From contig CAWCBP010000014.1 in assembly GCA_963793865.1 (NCBI GenBank), forward strand, positions 128,001 to 192,000: DNA of 64,000 nucleotides. Reading direction: 5' to 3'. Positions 48,730 through 59,902 of this stretch are shown here, in pieces (within the stretch, counting starts at the first letter, position 1; each line of letters starts with the position of its first letter). The position numbers were made by a program, and so were the translations under genes. Source of the DNA: an uncultured delta proteobacterium (lineage in GTDB: Bacteria > Desulfobacterota > WTBG01). The notes beneath the pieces were generated by a model, which was not told the DNA's origin, made no database searches, and worked only from the letters and a program-made list of their open reading frames with translations.

Positions 48730-49962
48730 ATGACCCAACATGCGGCGCGGGATTATGTAATCTTTCTCTGGCGTCTCTATCGCTACAGCTTTCTGGCAGC
48801 ATGAAGTACTATGCCTGGATGACTGTGCTCACCATTCTTTCCCTGGCCGGCCTTTATGCGTTTGCTGAACAGACCGTTAACGGCCTTGCCATTACCGGCA
48901 TGACAGACCAGGTTTCCTGGGGAGTGTACATCGCAAACTTTACTTTTATTGTGGGTCTTGCGGCAGCCGCGGTGATGCTGGTCATTCCCGCCTATATCTA
49001 TAATAATAAGCATCTCCACGATGTGGTCATACTTGGTGAGCTGCTGGCGATTGCAGCAATTGTGATGTGCCTGCTGTTTGTCAATGTGGATCTGGGTCGG
49101 CCGGATCGTTTCTGGCACCTCACCCCGGTCATTGGGGTCTTCAACTTTCCCATTTCGATGCTTTCGTGGGATGTGATTGTGCTCATTGGCTATTGATACT
49201 GAATGTGCACATTTGCGGCTACCTTCTCTATATGCGCTATTTGAACAGAAAACCCTCCACCCTTTTTTACATGCCGTTTGTGTTTATTGCCATCGTATGG
49301 GCAATCAGCATTCACACGGTAACTGCATTTCTTTATGTGGGACTGGTCGGCAGGCCGTTCTGGAACGCTGCCATCGTTGCCCCCCGTTTCATCGGGTCCG
49401 CATTCACTGCAGGGCCCGGACTGATGATTGTTGCCTTCCAGGTCATCCGGCGTTATACCAATTATAAAATTGATGATGAGGCGCTCCGGATCCTTCGCCA
49501 GATTGTGACCGTTTCCCTGCTGGTGAACCTGTTTCTGCTCGGCTGTGAGGCATTCAAGGAGTTTTATGCCGAATCGGTTCATTCCAGTTCCGCACGGTAT
49601 CTTTTTTTGGACTTGACGGCTATACCCAGCTCAGATCGTGGATATGGTTTGCCATCGTCATAGAAACCATCGCCGGGGTTATCCTGGTTACTCCCTCTCT
49701 GGCCAAAAACATGATGTACACCAATGCAGCCTGCATGCTCGCTTTTGTGGGAATATGGATAGAAAAAGGAATGGGGATGATCGTGCCCGGTTTTCTGCCG
49801 ACTCCGCTGGGTGAAATTGTAGAATATTTTCCGACCATGCTTGAAACGCTCATGTGTATTGGCGTCTGGTCTTTTGGCCTGCTTATGTATTCATGGATGA
49901 TTCATTTGGCAGTACCCATCCTGTCCGGACAGTTCCAGCGGCATGGAAATCCATCAGGGTAG
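48730..49962 (+). pseudogene. NrfD/PsrC/DsrP-family membrane subunit with three single-base frameshifts (pseudogene or assembly error)
   Basis: GMTDQVSWGVYIANF, DLGRPDR, SIHTVTAFL, GIWIEKG split across frames near 48796, 49192 and 49608. Confidence 0.8.
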
Positions 49963-50009
49963 GGCTTGACGGACGCCCGTTAGTGTAACACGAAAATGGA
50001 TGTAGGCTG

Positions 50010-50047
50010 CCCCCTCACCCTAACCCTCTCCCCGACGGGGAGAGGGG
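50010..50047. repeat. CCCTCACCC...CCTCTCCC/GGGAGAGG palindromic repeat
   Basis: same family as 57947-57970 and 58729-58766. Confidence 0.65.
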
Positions 50048-50098
50048 AATCAGTGATTTTAATGCTTAGTGGTGCCCCAACGGGGAATGGAGGGTAAT

Positions 50099-50137
50099 AA
50101 AAAAAGGCAAAGCCATAAAAGGCCGTGCCTTTTTTTT
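50099..50137. terminator. bidirectional terminator between convergent genes
   Basis: A-tract GGCA...TGCC T-tract. Confidence 0.6.
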
Positions 50138-50236
50138 AGCGAGATGGGGAATTAATTACCTGTGCACTCTGTTTCAAATTACCAGCTTATCATCTTGTCA
50201 ATCGGATCAGGACATATTGAAAGGTATGGAATGTAA

Positions 50237-51263
50237 TTATTCCGGTTGAGGGGTAAGCTGCACCTTGTCTGCCTCAAAACCTTTCTTTACGATCCGGTAG
50301 AGAAGGTCTTCATAGACAGTCTCGTCCAGGGCGGGAGTTCTGCTTAGAATGTAAAGTACAAACCGTGTCGAATTTGTAACCACCGCCCATTCATAGTCTT
50401 CATCCAGTTCAATGATCCAGTAATCAAATTCGATGCCGGCAATGTCTTCCCGGTCGAAGGTGACGCCAAGTTTTGCGTTGGTTGCAGTGATCAAGCACCC
50501 GGGCAATTCCTTCTATCGAGGTGGGATTACCATCCGGGCGCACGCCCCGGTTGAAGACTTTTACGGTGCCGTCATCATTGAGGGTGTATTCGGCGGTAAC
50601 TTCTTCCGCATCTTCATCAAAAATGGTGTCATACCGGGCATATTCATACCATAGCCCGGCGTAGCTTTCCAAATCCACGGAATCCACTGTCTCCGGTGGA
50701 GGCATATCCTTGGTTTCAATTTGAACCGTTTTTACAATTTGCTCGGGGTCAAAACCGTTTTTAGTGAGCCTGTCGATTATTCCCTCGTAGGTTGCCTCAT
50801 CCATGGTCGGCCTGCGATTGAGGATGAATAATGAACTCCTCTCGGAGTTGGTAACCACCGCGTAGGAATAGTACTCGCCCAGCTCGATGATCCAGTACTC
50901 GGATTCTTCGGTAATGCCGAAATCGGGAAAGCTGACGGCAAGTTTTGCATTGGTTGCAGGCTCAACCACCCGGGCAACCCCTTCTATCATGACCGGGGTA
51001 CCCTCTAAGCCGCCCACGAACCCCTTGTTTACCACTTTGACCGTGCAATCCTGGTTGATCGAGTATTCAGCTGTTACCCCGGCGAGATCTCCTATATTAG
51101 GGTTAATATACGATGCGATCTGGTACCACAAGCCGGTGTAACGGCACACATTCACGTAATCCACCGTCTCCGGCGGCCTCCTTTGGGGACAGCCGGTAAT
51201 AGTGAGTGCTACAATAAAAAGTAATATTTTTTGATATCCGGCGAATGTACCAATGCGTCTCAT
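50237..51263 (-). CDS. blc: tandem two-domain Blc-type lipocalin lipoprotein, one frameshift near 50490
   Basis: ITGC lipobox; YTGLWYQIA and YAGLWYEYAR; ATNAKL, YWIIEL, LFILNR/LYILSR. Confidence 0.8.
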
Positions 51264-51308
51264 GTAAATTCCCTCCTTTTTTAAGATGTTGGTTTTTAGC
51301 CAAGTTCC

Positions 51309-51752
51309 CTATGCTTTTGCCGTCTTAAAGGCGTTGTTTTTCCAGAATTGCAGGCTGGAGGCCAGGAGCGCGGTACCGATGGAGAGATCAAGCACGGCAA
51401 CAGCGCACAGCCAGCCGAACTTGCCGGTTGCCATGCGTGACATGGTTGCTCCAACCGGGATGATGATGGCAAGAAAAATGAGCATGCCCGGGCGGAAGAA
51501 TTGCCATAGCTTGGGATTGGTCAGCGATTGGATCCTTTTGACATTTTTCTTGCAGGCATGGTTAAAGATGAGCAGCGTCTTTATTAATCCGATGGTAATG
51601 CCGAGAATCGGCGCCAGGTAAATCCAGAAGGAAACGGGGTCCAGCGCGTAGGCTTCCCTGATAAGTGCCCACGCCTTGAGAAAAAGCGCTATTCCGCCTC
51701 CGTACCAGGTAAAGGCTGCCAGTATCATCAGGGTAAGTTTTGATACGATCAT
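51309..51752 (-). CDS. four-helix membrane protein
   Basis: AAFTWYGGG...KNVKRI...WQFF...DLSIG pattern. Confidence 0.75.
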   Translation of the reverse strand: MIVSKLTLMILAAFTWYGGGIALFLKAWALIREAYALDPVSFWIYLAPILGITIGLIKTLLIFNHACKKNVKRIQSLTNPKLWQFFRPGMLIFLAIIIPVGATMSRMATGKFGWLCAVAVLDLSIGTALLASSLQFWKNNAFKTAKA

Positions 51753-52127
51753 ACCTTCTCCTTTTTGAGTTAACCGTCGTATGAAGCAGAAAAATCAATC
51801 CGGATCATACCTTAAAGAGGGCAAATTATAGGAACATTTTGCCGGCGTGTCAATGAAAAAGCAGTCAAGCCGTTAGCGTGTGGCCATTCATAAGCAGCTT
51901 TAGTTATGATGGACACCACACATTCCAACTTTTTTATTGACCTCAGTGCTTTATTATTTTATGCTTATTATATATTACGAATATGGGTAGATTTGCAGCA
52001 GACAGATATATATTCTGAAGGATGGCACTGCAACTTTTTCAAAGGATGAAGGGGGGTGATCAGGGTTCGCAAATATTGATGATGGAGAACTAACCATTAG
52101 TAACTACTCACACAAGGAGGGAATTAC

Positions 52128-52592
52128 ATGAAGAAGATTTTATTCGTACTGGTTATTTCCGTGTTAACGTGCAGTCTGGCTTATGCGGCCGGTCCTCGCA
52201 GCAACTGCGGATGCGGGTTTGGCACAATGCTGTTCAAAAATAATGATGGCCTGCTTTCTCAAACCGCTGCAGCTACCACAAACGGTCTCCTGGGGAATCA
52301 GACCTTCGGCATATCTTCCGGAACACTCGAATGCAATCAGCCGGCAGAATTATATGCCCGTGAACAGCTGCAAAAATTTGTGGCATCAAATATGGACAGT
52401 GTTGCAAAAGACATTGCGCGGGGAAACGGCGAATCTCTGGATACGCTGGCCGAACTGATGCAGGTGCCGGTTGAAAAACGTGACACGTTTAATGCGCAGC
52501 TCCAGCAAAACTTTGACAACATATTCACATCAGCGCACGTAACCGAAACGGAAGTCATCGAGAACATCATTACCGTAACCCAGTCAAGTTAA
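52128..52592 (+). CDS. DUF3015-family secreted protein
   Basis: GCGFGT, AATTNG..GNQTFGISSGTLEC, DIARGNGE. Confidence 0.85.
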   Translation: MKKILFVLVISVLTCSLAYAAGPRSNCGCGFGTMLFKNNDGLLSQTAAATTNGLLGNQTFGISSGTLECNQPAELYAREQLQKFVASNMDSVAKDIARGNGESLDTLAELMQVPVEKRDTFNAQLQQNFDNIFTSAHVTETEVIENIITVTQSS

Positions 52593-52605
52593 TCACTACT
52601 CTCTT

Positions 52606-54537
52606 GTGAGCGGTCCTGTGAGGAGATGTGGATTTGTAAAAAAAACCATATCTCCTTTTTTATTGATTTCACTCGTGGTTTTCTTGTGTGCAGTTCCTGG
52701 TGAGCTGAGGGGGGGAGAACTGTCTTACCCCGATCAGCTCATCCTGCTTGCCCATCAAAAGCGGTTGCATGAAGATCCCTACTGGCGGATTCTGCTCCAT
52801 TATCAAAATAAGCTTTTCGGCGTGCAGAGTCTGATCGATGACCCGCAGTTCTTCTTGTCTGTTGAAGGAAAAGAAAATCCCATGGCAGAACTTGATGCCA
52901 CGCTGCGGGCATTTTTTCAGGATGATACGGTAAGCGCGGGGAGTTCGATATGCCGGTTTGTAGCCCGCTACACGTGGCTCAAGGAAAAACTCTCCATTGA
53001 CGCATCAAAGCTGCCGGCAGGCGGGTGTTCAGAATTCAACAAAACAATGGAGCTGATCAAACCGCAATCGGCGACCCTCATTTTCCCGGCTGCCTACATG
53101 AACAACCCTGCGTCCATGTTCGGCCACACCTTGATCAATATTGAAACTCCGTCACAAAGTAAACTCTTATCCCACGCCGTTAATTATTCCGCCTATACCC
53201 AGGAAAACAACGGGGTTGTTTTTGCCGTCAAGGGTATAGGGGGATTTTACAAAGGCTATTTCTCAATCCTTCCCTATTATGAAAAAGTGCAGGAGTACAA
53301 TGATATCAGCCACAGGGATATATGGGAATACCGCCTCAATCTTACCGAAGATGAAGTGCGTAATATGGTCATGCACATATGGGAGCTGCAGAAAATATAT
53401 TCTTACTACTATTTCTTCGGGGAAAATTGTTCTTATAACCTTCTTTTTCTGCTCGACGCTGCCCGACCATCACTGAGAATGGTGGACCGGTTCAAATGGT
53501 GGGTCATCCCCATCGATACGGTTAAAGCTCTTTACAGCTCCGGCCTGGTCGAGTCTGTACACTACAGACCTGCACAGGCAACAAAAATACGGTATATGTC
53601 TTCGATAATGAAGAGCCGGAGCAGAAAAATGGCTGAAACCATCGCAGAAAATGCAATGGATCCTGCCCTTTTGCTCAACACGCACGATTCCCTGGAAGAC
53701 AAGATAAAAATCCTGGATTTGGCAGTAGAGTATCTCCAGTACCGTTATGGTAAGGAAAAAGTTTCGCGGGATGACTATTCCTCCCTTTTTCTGAGCATCC
53801 TCACGGCACGGAGCACCCTGGGAAGACCTGAGGGGCTTGATTATGCCGTACCGCGTCCCACCAGCCCGGAAAAGGGGCACGGCTCAAAGAGGCTGTCCGT
53901 GGGTTTCGGTTATGGAGAAGACAGATCCTTTCAGGAAATACGCTTGCGGCCGGCTTATCATGACCTGATGGATGATGATGCCGGATACATCCCCGGATCG
54001 CAAATCCAGTTTTGTGATACCCGACTGCGTTACTATTTCTCAGACCGGAAATTTGAACTGGAGGAATTTAATCTCATAGATATAATTTCCCTTTCGGAAC
54101 GGGATATGTTTTTCAAGCCTTTCTCATGGAAAGCGCAAACCGGTCTCATGCAAAAAAGACGGGATGATGGAGATAATCATCTCATTTATTACCTGAGCAC
54201 CGGCGGCGGATTCGCATACCGAAACAGGTTCCTGGGTTTATATTACGGGATGATGGAATCAGATCTGAATTTCGGAGGTTCATTTGAATCAAATCATGCA
54301 CTGGGTGCCGGTGCTTCAATGGGACTTCAGAAGAAAATCACCGGTTTCTGGAAATTACATCTTCACGGAAAAGCACTGTATTATCCGGTGGGGGATGAAC
54401 ACAAGAGTTATGAGCTGTCACTTGCACAAAACATTACCCTCAGCCCGGCTCACGCCTTTACTGCAAAATTGTCCCGAACTAAAACTTTTGGATTCTACGA
54501 GACTGAAGCGGTTTTCATGTGGAACATTTATTTTTGA
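52606..54537 (+). CDS. DUF4105-domain protein with probable C-terminal beta-barrel
   Basis: WRILLHY, NNPASMFGHT, RDIWEY, YYFFGENCSY, RPAYHDL. Confidence 0.85.
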   Translation: MSGPVRRCGFVKKTISPFLLISLVVFLCAVPGELRGGELSYPDQLILLAHQKRLHEDPYWRILLHYQNKLFGVQSLIDDPQFFLSVEGKENPMAELDATLRAFFQDDTVSAGSSICRFVARYTWLKEKLSIDASKLPAGGCSEFNKTMELIKPQSATLIFPAAYMNNPASMFGHTLINIETPSQSKLLSHAVNYSAYTQENNGVVFAVKGIGGFYKGYFSILPYYEKVQEYNDISHRDIWEYRLNLTEDEVRNMVMHIWELQKIYSYYYFFGENCSYNLLFLLDAARPSLRMVDRFKWWVIPIDTVKALYSSGLVESVHYRPAQATKIRYMSSIMKSRSRKMAETIAENAMDPALLLNTHDSLEDKIKILDLAVEYLQYRYGKEKVSRDDYSSLFLSILTARSTLGRPEGLDYAVPRPTSPEKGHGSKRLSVGFGYGEDRSFQEIRLRPAYHDLMDDDAGYIPGSQIQFCDTRLRYYFSDRKFELEEFNLIDIISLSERDMFFKPFSWKAQTGLMQKRRDDGDNHLIYYLSTGGGFAYRNRFLGLYYGMMESDLNFGGSFESNHALGAGASMGLQKKITGFWKLHLHGKALYYPVGDEHKSYELSLAQNITLSPAHAFTAKLSRTKTFGFYETEAVFMWNIYF

Positions 54538-54600
54538 TCAAGGCTGCAGGATTGTTTCAAGTAATACAGAGCGATGAAAACTTCGGGCATGAAGCCAGGT

Positions 54601-54648
54601 GTAGGAGCGGCTTTCAGCCGCGAATGTATCGCGCCTGAAGGCGCTCCT
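54601..54648. repeat. GTAG-family REP pair (inverted)
   Basis: GTAGGAGCGGCTTTCAGCCGCGA...TCGCGCCTGAAGGCGCTCCT. Confidence 0.65.
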
Positions 54649-54777
54649 GGCGAAATTTCCCCATTGACTCCGATTATTTGATTTTTAGTTGCAACAATGG
54701 AATAGTATGAGTTAGGATCAACAGTGAAGAGATTTTGAATCGGTTGCGGCTTCCGGATCCGGATTGTGGAGAGAATC

Positions 54778-56748
54778 ATGAGTAAGGCAACAGATGTGTT
54801 TGGCTGGAGAGGGAAAGTACTGCGGGCGGACCTCACCACCGGCAAGGTGTGGGATGAGGACCTTCAGCGAAAATATATGGAAGGATATATCGGCGGTGCG
54901 GGTATTAACGCCCGTTTGCTCTACGACCTCTTGCGCCATAATCCCCATGTAGCCTCCCTGTCACCGGAGAATCCCCTCATTTTCGGCTGCGGGCCCATGG
55001 TCGGGACAATCTTTCCCAGCGCAAGCCGCTTTACTGTAACCGGGAAGAGTCCTCTCACCGGGATTTTTGGTGACAGCAACGCCGGCGGATGGTTTCCGGT
55101 CCGCATGAAGCAGGCAGGATATGATCATATTGTGATCCAGGGGAAGGCGGACCGCCCCGTCGCCCTTCTCATTGAACCGGGAAAGCGGCCCGAAATTATT
55201 GACGCGGCAGAGTTCTGGGGCCTTGATATGTATGAGACCGACAAAAAATTCCATGATCTGTGCGGCAATTGTGATACGGCGCGGATCGGCCCGGCCGGGG
55301 AAAATCTGGTCAAATATGCGAACATCCAGTCGGGAACCAAAAGGGTCAGCACCAACGGCCGCACCGGCATGGGATGCCTCATGGGTTCAAAAAACCTCAA
55401 GGCCATCGTGATTACAGTAGCAAAGGGTGCCGGCACGGTGCCGGTCGCTGACCAAAAAAGAACCGACGAGCTTGCGCGCTATTACCGGAACGCATGGCTT
55501 AAGGGACCGGGCACGACGCTAAAACGGCAGTACGGCACGCTGACCAACTATTCACAGATTGCCGAGCATACCCGGATCAAGAATGAGCAGGAGCAGCTGA
55601 CTGCGGAACAGGTTGATGCCTATGATCTGGATCTTTTTACCGGCACGTTCAAAACAGGGCAGACCGCCTGCTATCGTTGCCCGGTGGCCTGCTCGCAAAA
55701 ATGGGAGATCAAGGACGGTCCGTATCGCGGTGACAAGGGAGACAAGCTGGAATACGGCCACCTGCTCAACCTCGGGCCCAATCTGGGCATTTTTGAATTT
55801 CCCGCAATGCTGCATCTGGCGGACGTGTGCAACCGGCTGGGAATGGATTGCATTCAGTTCGGCTATAATATGGCCGCTGCCATGGAGTGCTATCAGCGCG
55901 GCATTCTGGGTTCCGAGGCAACGGGAGGTTCGAACTTAAAATGGGGGGATGCCCGGGTAGTGGAAAAATGTATGCGCATGACGTCACGGCGCGAGGGTTT
56001 CGGCAACCTGCTTGCGGAAAATGCTCCGACCATGGCATCACAGCTGGGGGACGATGCCGTGCCCTATGGCTTCCATACCAAGGGCATGTCCTTTCCGTTC
56101 AGCTGCACCTACGCCCTGCCCATGAGCCTGGCTTCGTCGGTCGCTACACGGGGGGGAGACCATCTGAAGGGGCATCCCTTTGCGGCGATCATCGGTCACC
56201 AGGAGATGCTGGAAAAAATGTTCGGCAAGGATATTCCTCCTGAAGCAGCCGATCACACCAGCCCGGTGGCGAAGGGGAGGGTTGTCTGGTGGCAGGAAAA
56301 CTATAAAATGATCATGGACTGTATCGGACTCTGCTTCCTGCCCATTGTCAACTCAAATGTCTGGAGTGATCCGCTGATCATGGCAAAAGAGATGGGCGAG
56401 ATGTATCAGGCCATAACCGGCTATGATTCTGTCGGGCTTTTCACCTCAGCCGAGCGGGCCTACCAGATCGAGCGATGCTTCAACGCGCTGCTGGGAATCA
56501 GCCGCAAGGATGATGCCAGGAAAGGCACAACGAGGGGAGAGAAGGATCCGGTCAATCTCCCGGGCATGCTTGATGAATATTATCTGTACCGGGGCTGCTC
56601 TTCGGACGGGCTGCCGACGAGGAAACGGCTTGAGGAACTGGGCATGAAAGACGTTGCTCTAGATCTTGCCGTCAATCAAAAGCTTGCCGAGCAGGAATGT
56701 CCATCAATCTCCGAGCTGCTTAAGAATTCCGATGATGTCAGGGGATAG
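54778..56748 (+). CDS. aldehyde:ferredoxin oxidoreductase family protein
   Basis: KSPLTG, IGPAGEN, GRTGMGCLMGSKNLKA, CYRCPVAC, RGGDH. Confidence 0.9.
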   Translation: MSKATDVFGWRGKVLRADLTTGKVWDEDLQRKYMEGYIGGAGINARLLYDLLRHNPHVASLSPENPLIFGCGPMVGTIFPSASRFTVTGKSPLTGIFGDSNAGGWFPVRMKQAGYDHIVIQGKADRPVALLIEPGKRPEIIDAAEFWGLDMYETDKKFHDLCGNCDTARIGPAGENLVKYANIQSGTKRVSTNGRTGMGCLMGSKNLKAIVITVAKGAGTVPVADQKRTDELARYYRNAWLKGPGTTLKRQYGTLTNYSQIAEHTRIKNEQEQLTAEQVDAYDLDLFTGTFKTGQTACYRCPVACSQKWEIKDGPYRGDKGDKLEYGHLLNLGPNLGIFEFPAMLHLADVCNRLGMDCIQFGYNMAAAMECYQRGILGSEATGGSNLKWGDARVVEKCMRMTSRREGFGNLLAENAPTMASQLGDDAVPYGFHTKGMSFPFSCTYALPMSLASSVATRGGDHLKGHPFAAIIGHQEMLEKMFGKDIPPEAADHTSPVAKGRVVWWQENYKMIMDCIGLCFLPIVNSNVWSDPLIMAKEMGEMYQAITGYDSVGLFTSAERAYQIERCFNALLGISRKDDARKGTTRGEKDPVNLPGMLDEYYLYRGCSSDGLPTRKRLEELGMKDVALDLAVNQKLAEQECPSISELLKNSDDVRG

Positions 56749-56902
56749 AGAAGATCGGCTGAATATCCGTTTTAAATGGGTAAAGATTTCTCAGTCGCTA
56801 TAGCTCCTTCGAAATGACGTCCGCCATAGCATTCTAAAATGTGAGTTTAGACATCCATGAGAAGAGTTATGGTTAATCATTTCTGATGGACAAGGAGGAC
56901 AA

Positions 56903-57358
56903 GTGCTTACAAAAGCAGTGTTAACCGGGGTCATATTTGACGAGATGTATACAGATCCGGCAAAGGGCAGTGTGCGATTCGAGTTTCTTCCTGATATCCA
57001 AACCCTCCATTTGCAATGGTACGGTATACTGTCACATGAAGATCATACCAAATATGCTGAGATGACGATTGAATGCGTTACGCAAAAAAAAGCGATACGG
57101 TGGATTGGTGATGTTTCCCACATTATTGAACCGCTGCCGGTAGACATAGCACATTATATTGCTGATTCCTGGTTCCCGGCAGTGGTAAAAAGGGGAATCG
57201 GGAAAATAGCTATCGTGATGCCCGCGGTTGACAGGGTCAGGCCGTCCGCCGGCAAAATCGGTGAAGTGCTTGCCCTGAAGCACGGGGAGTTGCTTAAAAC
57301 CTTTCCCATTGAAGTGTTTAACGGCAGGCAGGAAGCCCGGGAATGGATCAGCAGGTAA
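56903..57358 (+). CDS. hypothetical protein (SpoIIAA/STAS-SEC14-like)
   Basis: AAGGAGG RBS and GTG; RWIGD...KIAIV...F...EAREW pattern. Confidence 0.65.
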   Translation: MLTKAVLTGVIFDEMYTDPAKGSVRFEFLPDIQTLHLQWYGILSHEDHTKYAEMTIECVTQKKAIRWIGDVSHIIEPLPVDIAHYIADSWFPAVVKRGIGKIAIVMPAVDRVRPSAGKIGEVLALKHGELLKTFPIEVFNGRQEAREWISR

Positions 57359-57423
57359 CAGGAAAAGAGTAAACGCGTTTATCATTTTTTCACAACCACC
57401 CATTTATAAAGAGGAGGCAGGTT

Positions 57424-57933
57424 ATGGGAACAAAAGGAAGATCGATAGTCAATATGGATGTGGACGAACTTTTAAAGCTTCTCAATAAGGCATACAGCGA
57501 TGAATGGCTTGCGTACTATCAATACTGGATCGGCGCCAAAATAGTAAAGGGGCCCATGAAAGAGGCTGCCATAACTGAACTTGAGCAGCACGCCACGGAG
57601 GAATTGAGTCACGCGCTGCTGCTGACCGGCAGAATAATTCAGCTCGGGGGGACTCCCGTGACCAAGCCGGCTGACTGGTACAAGATGACCAACTGCGGAT
57701 ATGATGCGCCTGATGACCCCTTTGTCAGGGTTATCCTTGAGCAGAACATCAAGGGAGAACAATGTGCCATCGGTGTATATAGAGACCTGATGACGAAGAC
57801 GCAGCAGGGGGATCCGGTTACCTACAACATAGTGCTGCAGATACTGGAGCAGGAGGTTGAACATGAGGAGGATCTTCAGGCGCTGCTGGAAGATTTTGAT
57901 CTGATGATCAAGGCCACCGCCGGGGGCAGGTAG
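57424..57933 (+). CDS. DPS-like / bacterioferritin-related protein
   Basis: AYSDEWLAYYQYW, EELSHA, GEQCAI, EVEHEED. Confidence 0.88.
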   Translation: MGTKGRSIVNMDVDELLKLLNKAYSDEWLAYYQYWIGAKIVKGPMKEAAITELEQHATEELSHALLLTGRIIQLGGTPVTKPADWYKMTNCGYDAPDDPFVRVILEQNIKGEQCAIGVYRDLMTKTQQGDPVTYNIVLQILEQEVEHEEDLQALLEDFDLMIKATAGGR

Positions 57934-57973
57934 GGTGACAGTTCAACCCCTCACCCCATCCCTCTCCCCAAGA

Positions 57974-58665
57974 TTTGTCTGCGGATGATACGGCCGGCTG
58001 TGTATGATGGTAATGCCTTGGCGGATCAACCATACCGTCAACGGGGTGAAGGGATGTGGCTTATCAGACCCCCACGGCGAACCGTTGTCCACCAGCATTC
58101 GCTTGGGCAATCCATACCGATGAAAAATATCGACCAATTGCTGCCGTACGGTTAGCGTTTGCTCATTGCTGCAGGCGCGTATTCCCAGTGCATAGCGCGA
58201 ATGGTCATCAAGCACGGTCAGTGGATGACAGCGGCCCTGTTCAGCATCAAAATTGCCTTTAAAGTCCATTTGCCAAAGATCATTCGGTGCCACAGCTTCA
58301 AAACGCTGCCAAGCATTGTGCTTAAGTGATTCAGCGGCATCAATGCGACCACGGCGCTGTAAGATGGCGGTGATCGTACTGGCCGCCGGCAGTTTTTGCC
58401 AGCCCAGATGTTGCAAACGCGTGCGGATTTTACGTCCTCCCCAGGCTTTGTGTTCATCTCGAATTGCCAGGATTGCATCTTCCAGTTCATCACTGGTTCT
58501 GGCAGGGCTTGAATGGGGCCTGCGGCGATGATAGGCAAGACCCGGGGAACTGTATCGCAGAAAGCGCTTTATCGATTTATAGGCGGTTTTACGGCTGATA
58601 TTAAAACGTCGAAACAACTTGGCGATATTAGCTGAGTCGGACAATGGAAATCTTATAAATTCTAA
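57974..58665 (-). mobile_element. IS481-family transposase remnant, truncated at both ends
   Basis: RRFNISRKTAYK HTH, WGGRKI, LWQMDFKG, VLDDHSRY, DNGSPW, PYHPQT; final catalytic E region missing. Confidence 0.85.
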
Positions 58666-58795
58666 CAAAGGGGCGAGGGGGAGTTCATGATGATTCCTTT
58701 CTAAGAGTGTAGAGGAAACCAACCGATTCCCTCTCCCCACTGGGGGAGAGGGTTAGGGTGAGGGGGTATCGTAAATCTATTGCTGGCTAACACTA

Positions 58796-58837
58796 AGAAC
58801 CGGGCGGGAGAGGTAATCGCTCCCGCCCGATTCTTTT
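58796..58837. terminator. terminator hairpin
   Basis: AAGAACCGGGCGGGAG/CTCCCGCCCGATTCTT. Confidence 0.65.
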
Positions 58838-58857
58838 ATCCGGCTCAGCCAATACAA

Positions 58858-59696
58858 TTACGGTGCGTCGCTGTCGACGAACAGATCAAGCGGCGTTGTG
58901 GAGCTGATGGTGAGATTGGCCTTTGACCAGGTGCCGTAGAAGGCGGCGGTTATGAATTTGTTCACACTTTTGGCGATGTCGGTAAAGAAGTAGCTCGGCG
59001 TAGTCATGCAGTTGGTGCATGCCGGGCAGTGCCCGTCGCAAAAACTGCAGTGGAAGAATTTCGGGGAATATCCGCACGGCCCCCACGAGTATACCTTCTT
59101 TACCCGGTAGAAAGCCCGGGGCCGTCAGTATAATAATAAGCAGCTTCGGCAGCATCTGATTTTTCAACAAAGCAGGTGGTGATATTGAAACCCCAGTAGA
59201 TTGCAGGCCCGTCGACATGGCCCGCACCATCAATGTTGTAGGGGTCAATGCTGAACATGCCATCGGCTAAAGAAGAATCGGCGGAAACGGCATTTTGCGC
59301 CGCCTGGCCGCCGGCTGAATGCCCGCCCAGTATCCAATGGGCGACTGAGGTGCAGCCCGTACCCGACATCCAGGTCAGTAGATTGCTCTGCACTTCCAGG
59401 GCACAGTTCCGGTATTTGGCGGCGTCGGTTTTGACCATGTTTCCCGGATTATGGTCCATGACTACCACCACATACCCGTAGGTGTTGGCCATGGCATTAC
59501 CCAGATTGTCATAGTCCGCCCGGGACATGGAGGTGCCCACGCCCAAAATAAAAACTTCGCAGCTTGCAGGCGAAGGACTTTTATAGATGATCCGGTACTG
59601 CCCGATTCCTGTTGTCTTGTCCATGTAATTGGCCTGGGCGGAACAAACCGCTAAAATCATGGACATGCAGATAAAGATAGAAAAAACTTTTTTCAT
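58858..59696 (-). CDS. secreted alpha/beta hydrolase (chlorophyllase/cutinase-like), one frameshift near 59118
   Basis: signal peptide, GGHSAGG, IDP; restoring one C continues as AFYRVKK...FFHCSFCD...DSDAP-stop. Confidence 0.75.
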
Positions 59697-59902
59697 AGCA
59701 ACCCCCCTTTGCGAGAAATCAGATTTTTCCACATTGATACGTTGCATGCTGTTCCCAACAAACTACAAAACCAGTTTCCCCCCCAAACTGGTCTTACCTC
59801 AACCCCTTTCTATGCATCACCTCCTTTCGTGCCGGGTTGAAAAGCTTTTCTTTGCATTAAACTCCTTTGGGAAAAATTGTCAACAAAAAACCAGGCTATA
59901 AA

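Noticed and set aside
49590..49620. programmed frameshift or phase variation at the T8 run in nrfD
   Set aside because: Two other independent indels in the same gene make sequencing error or decay the simpler explanation
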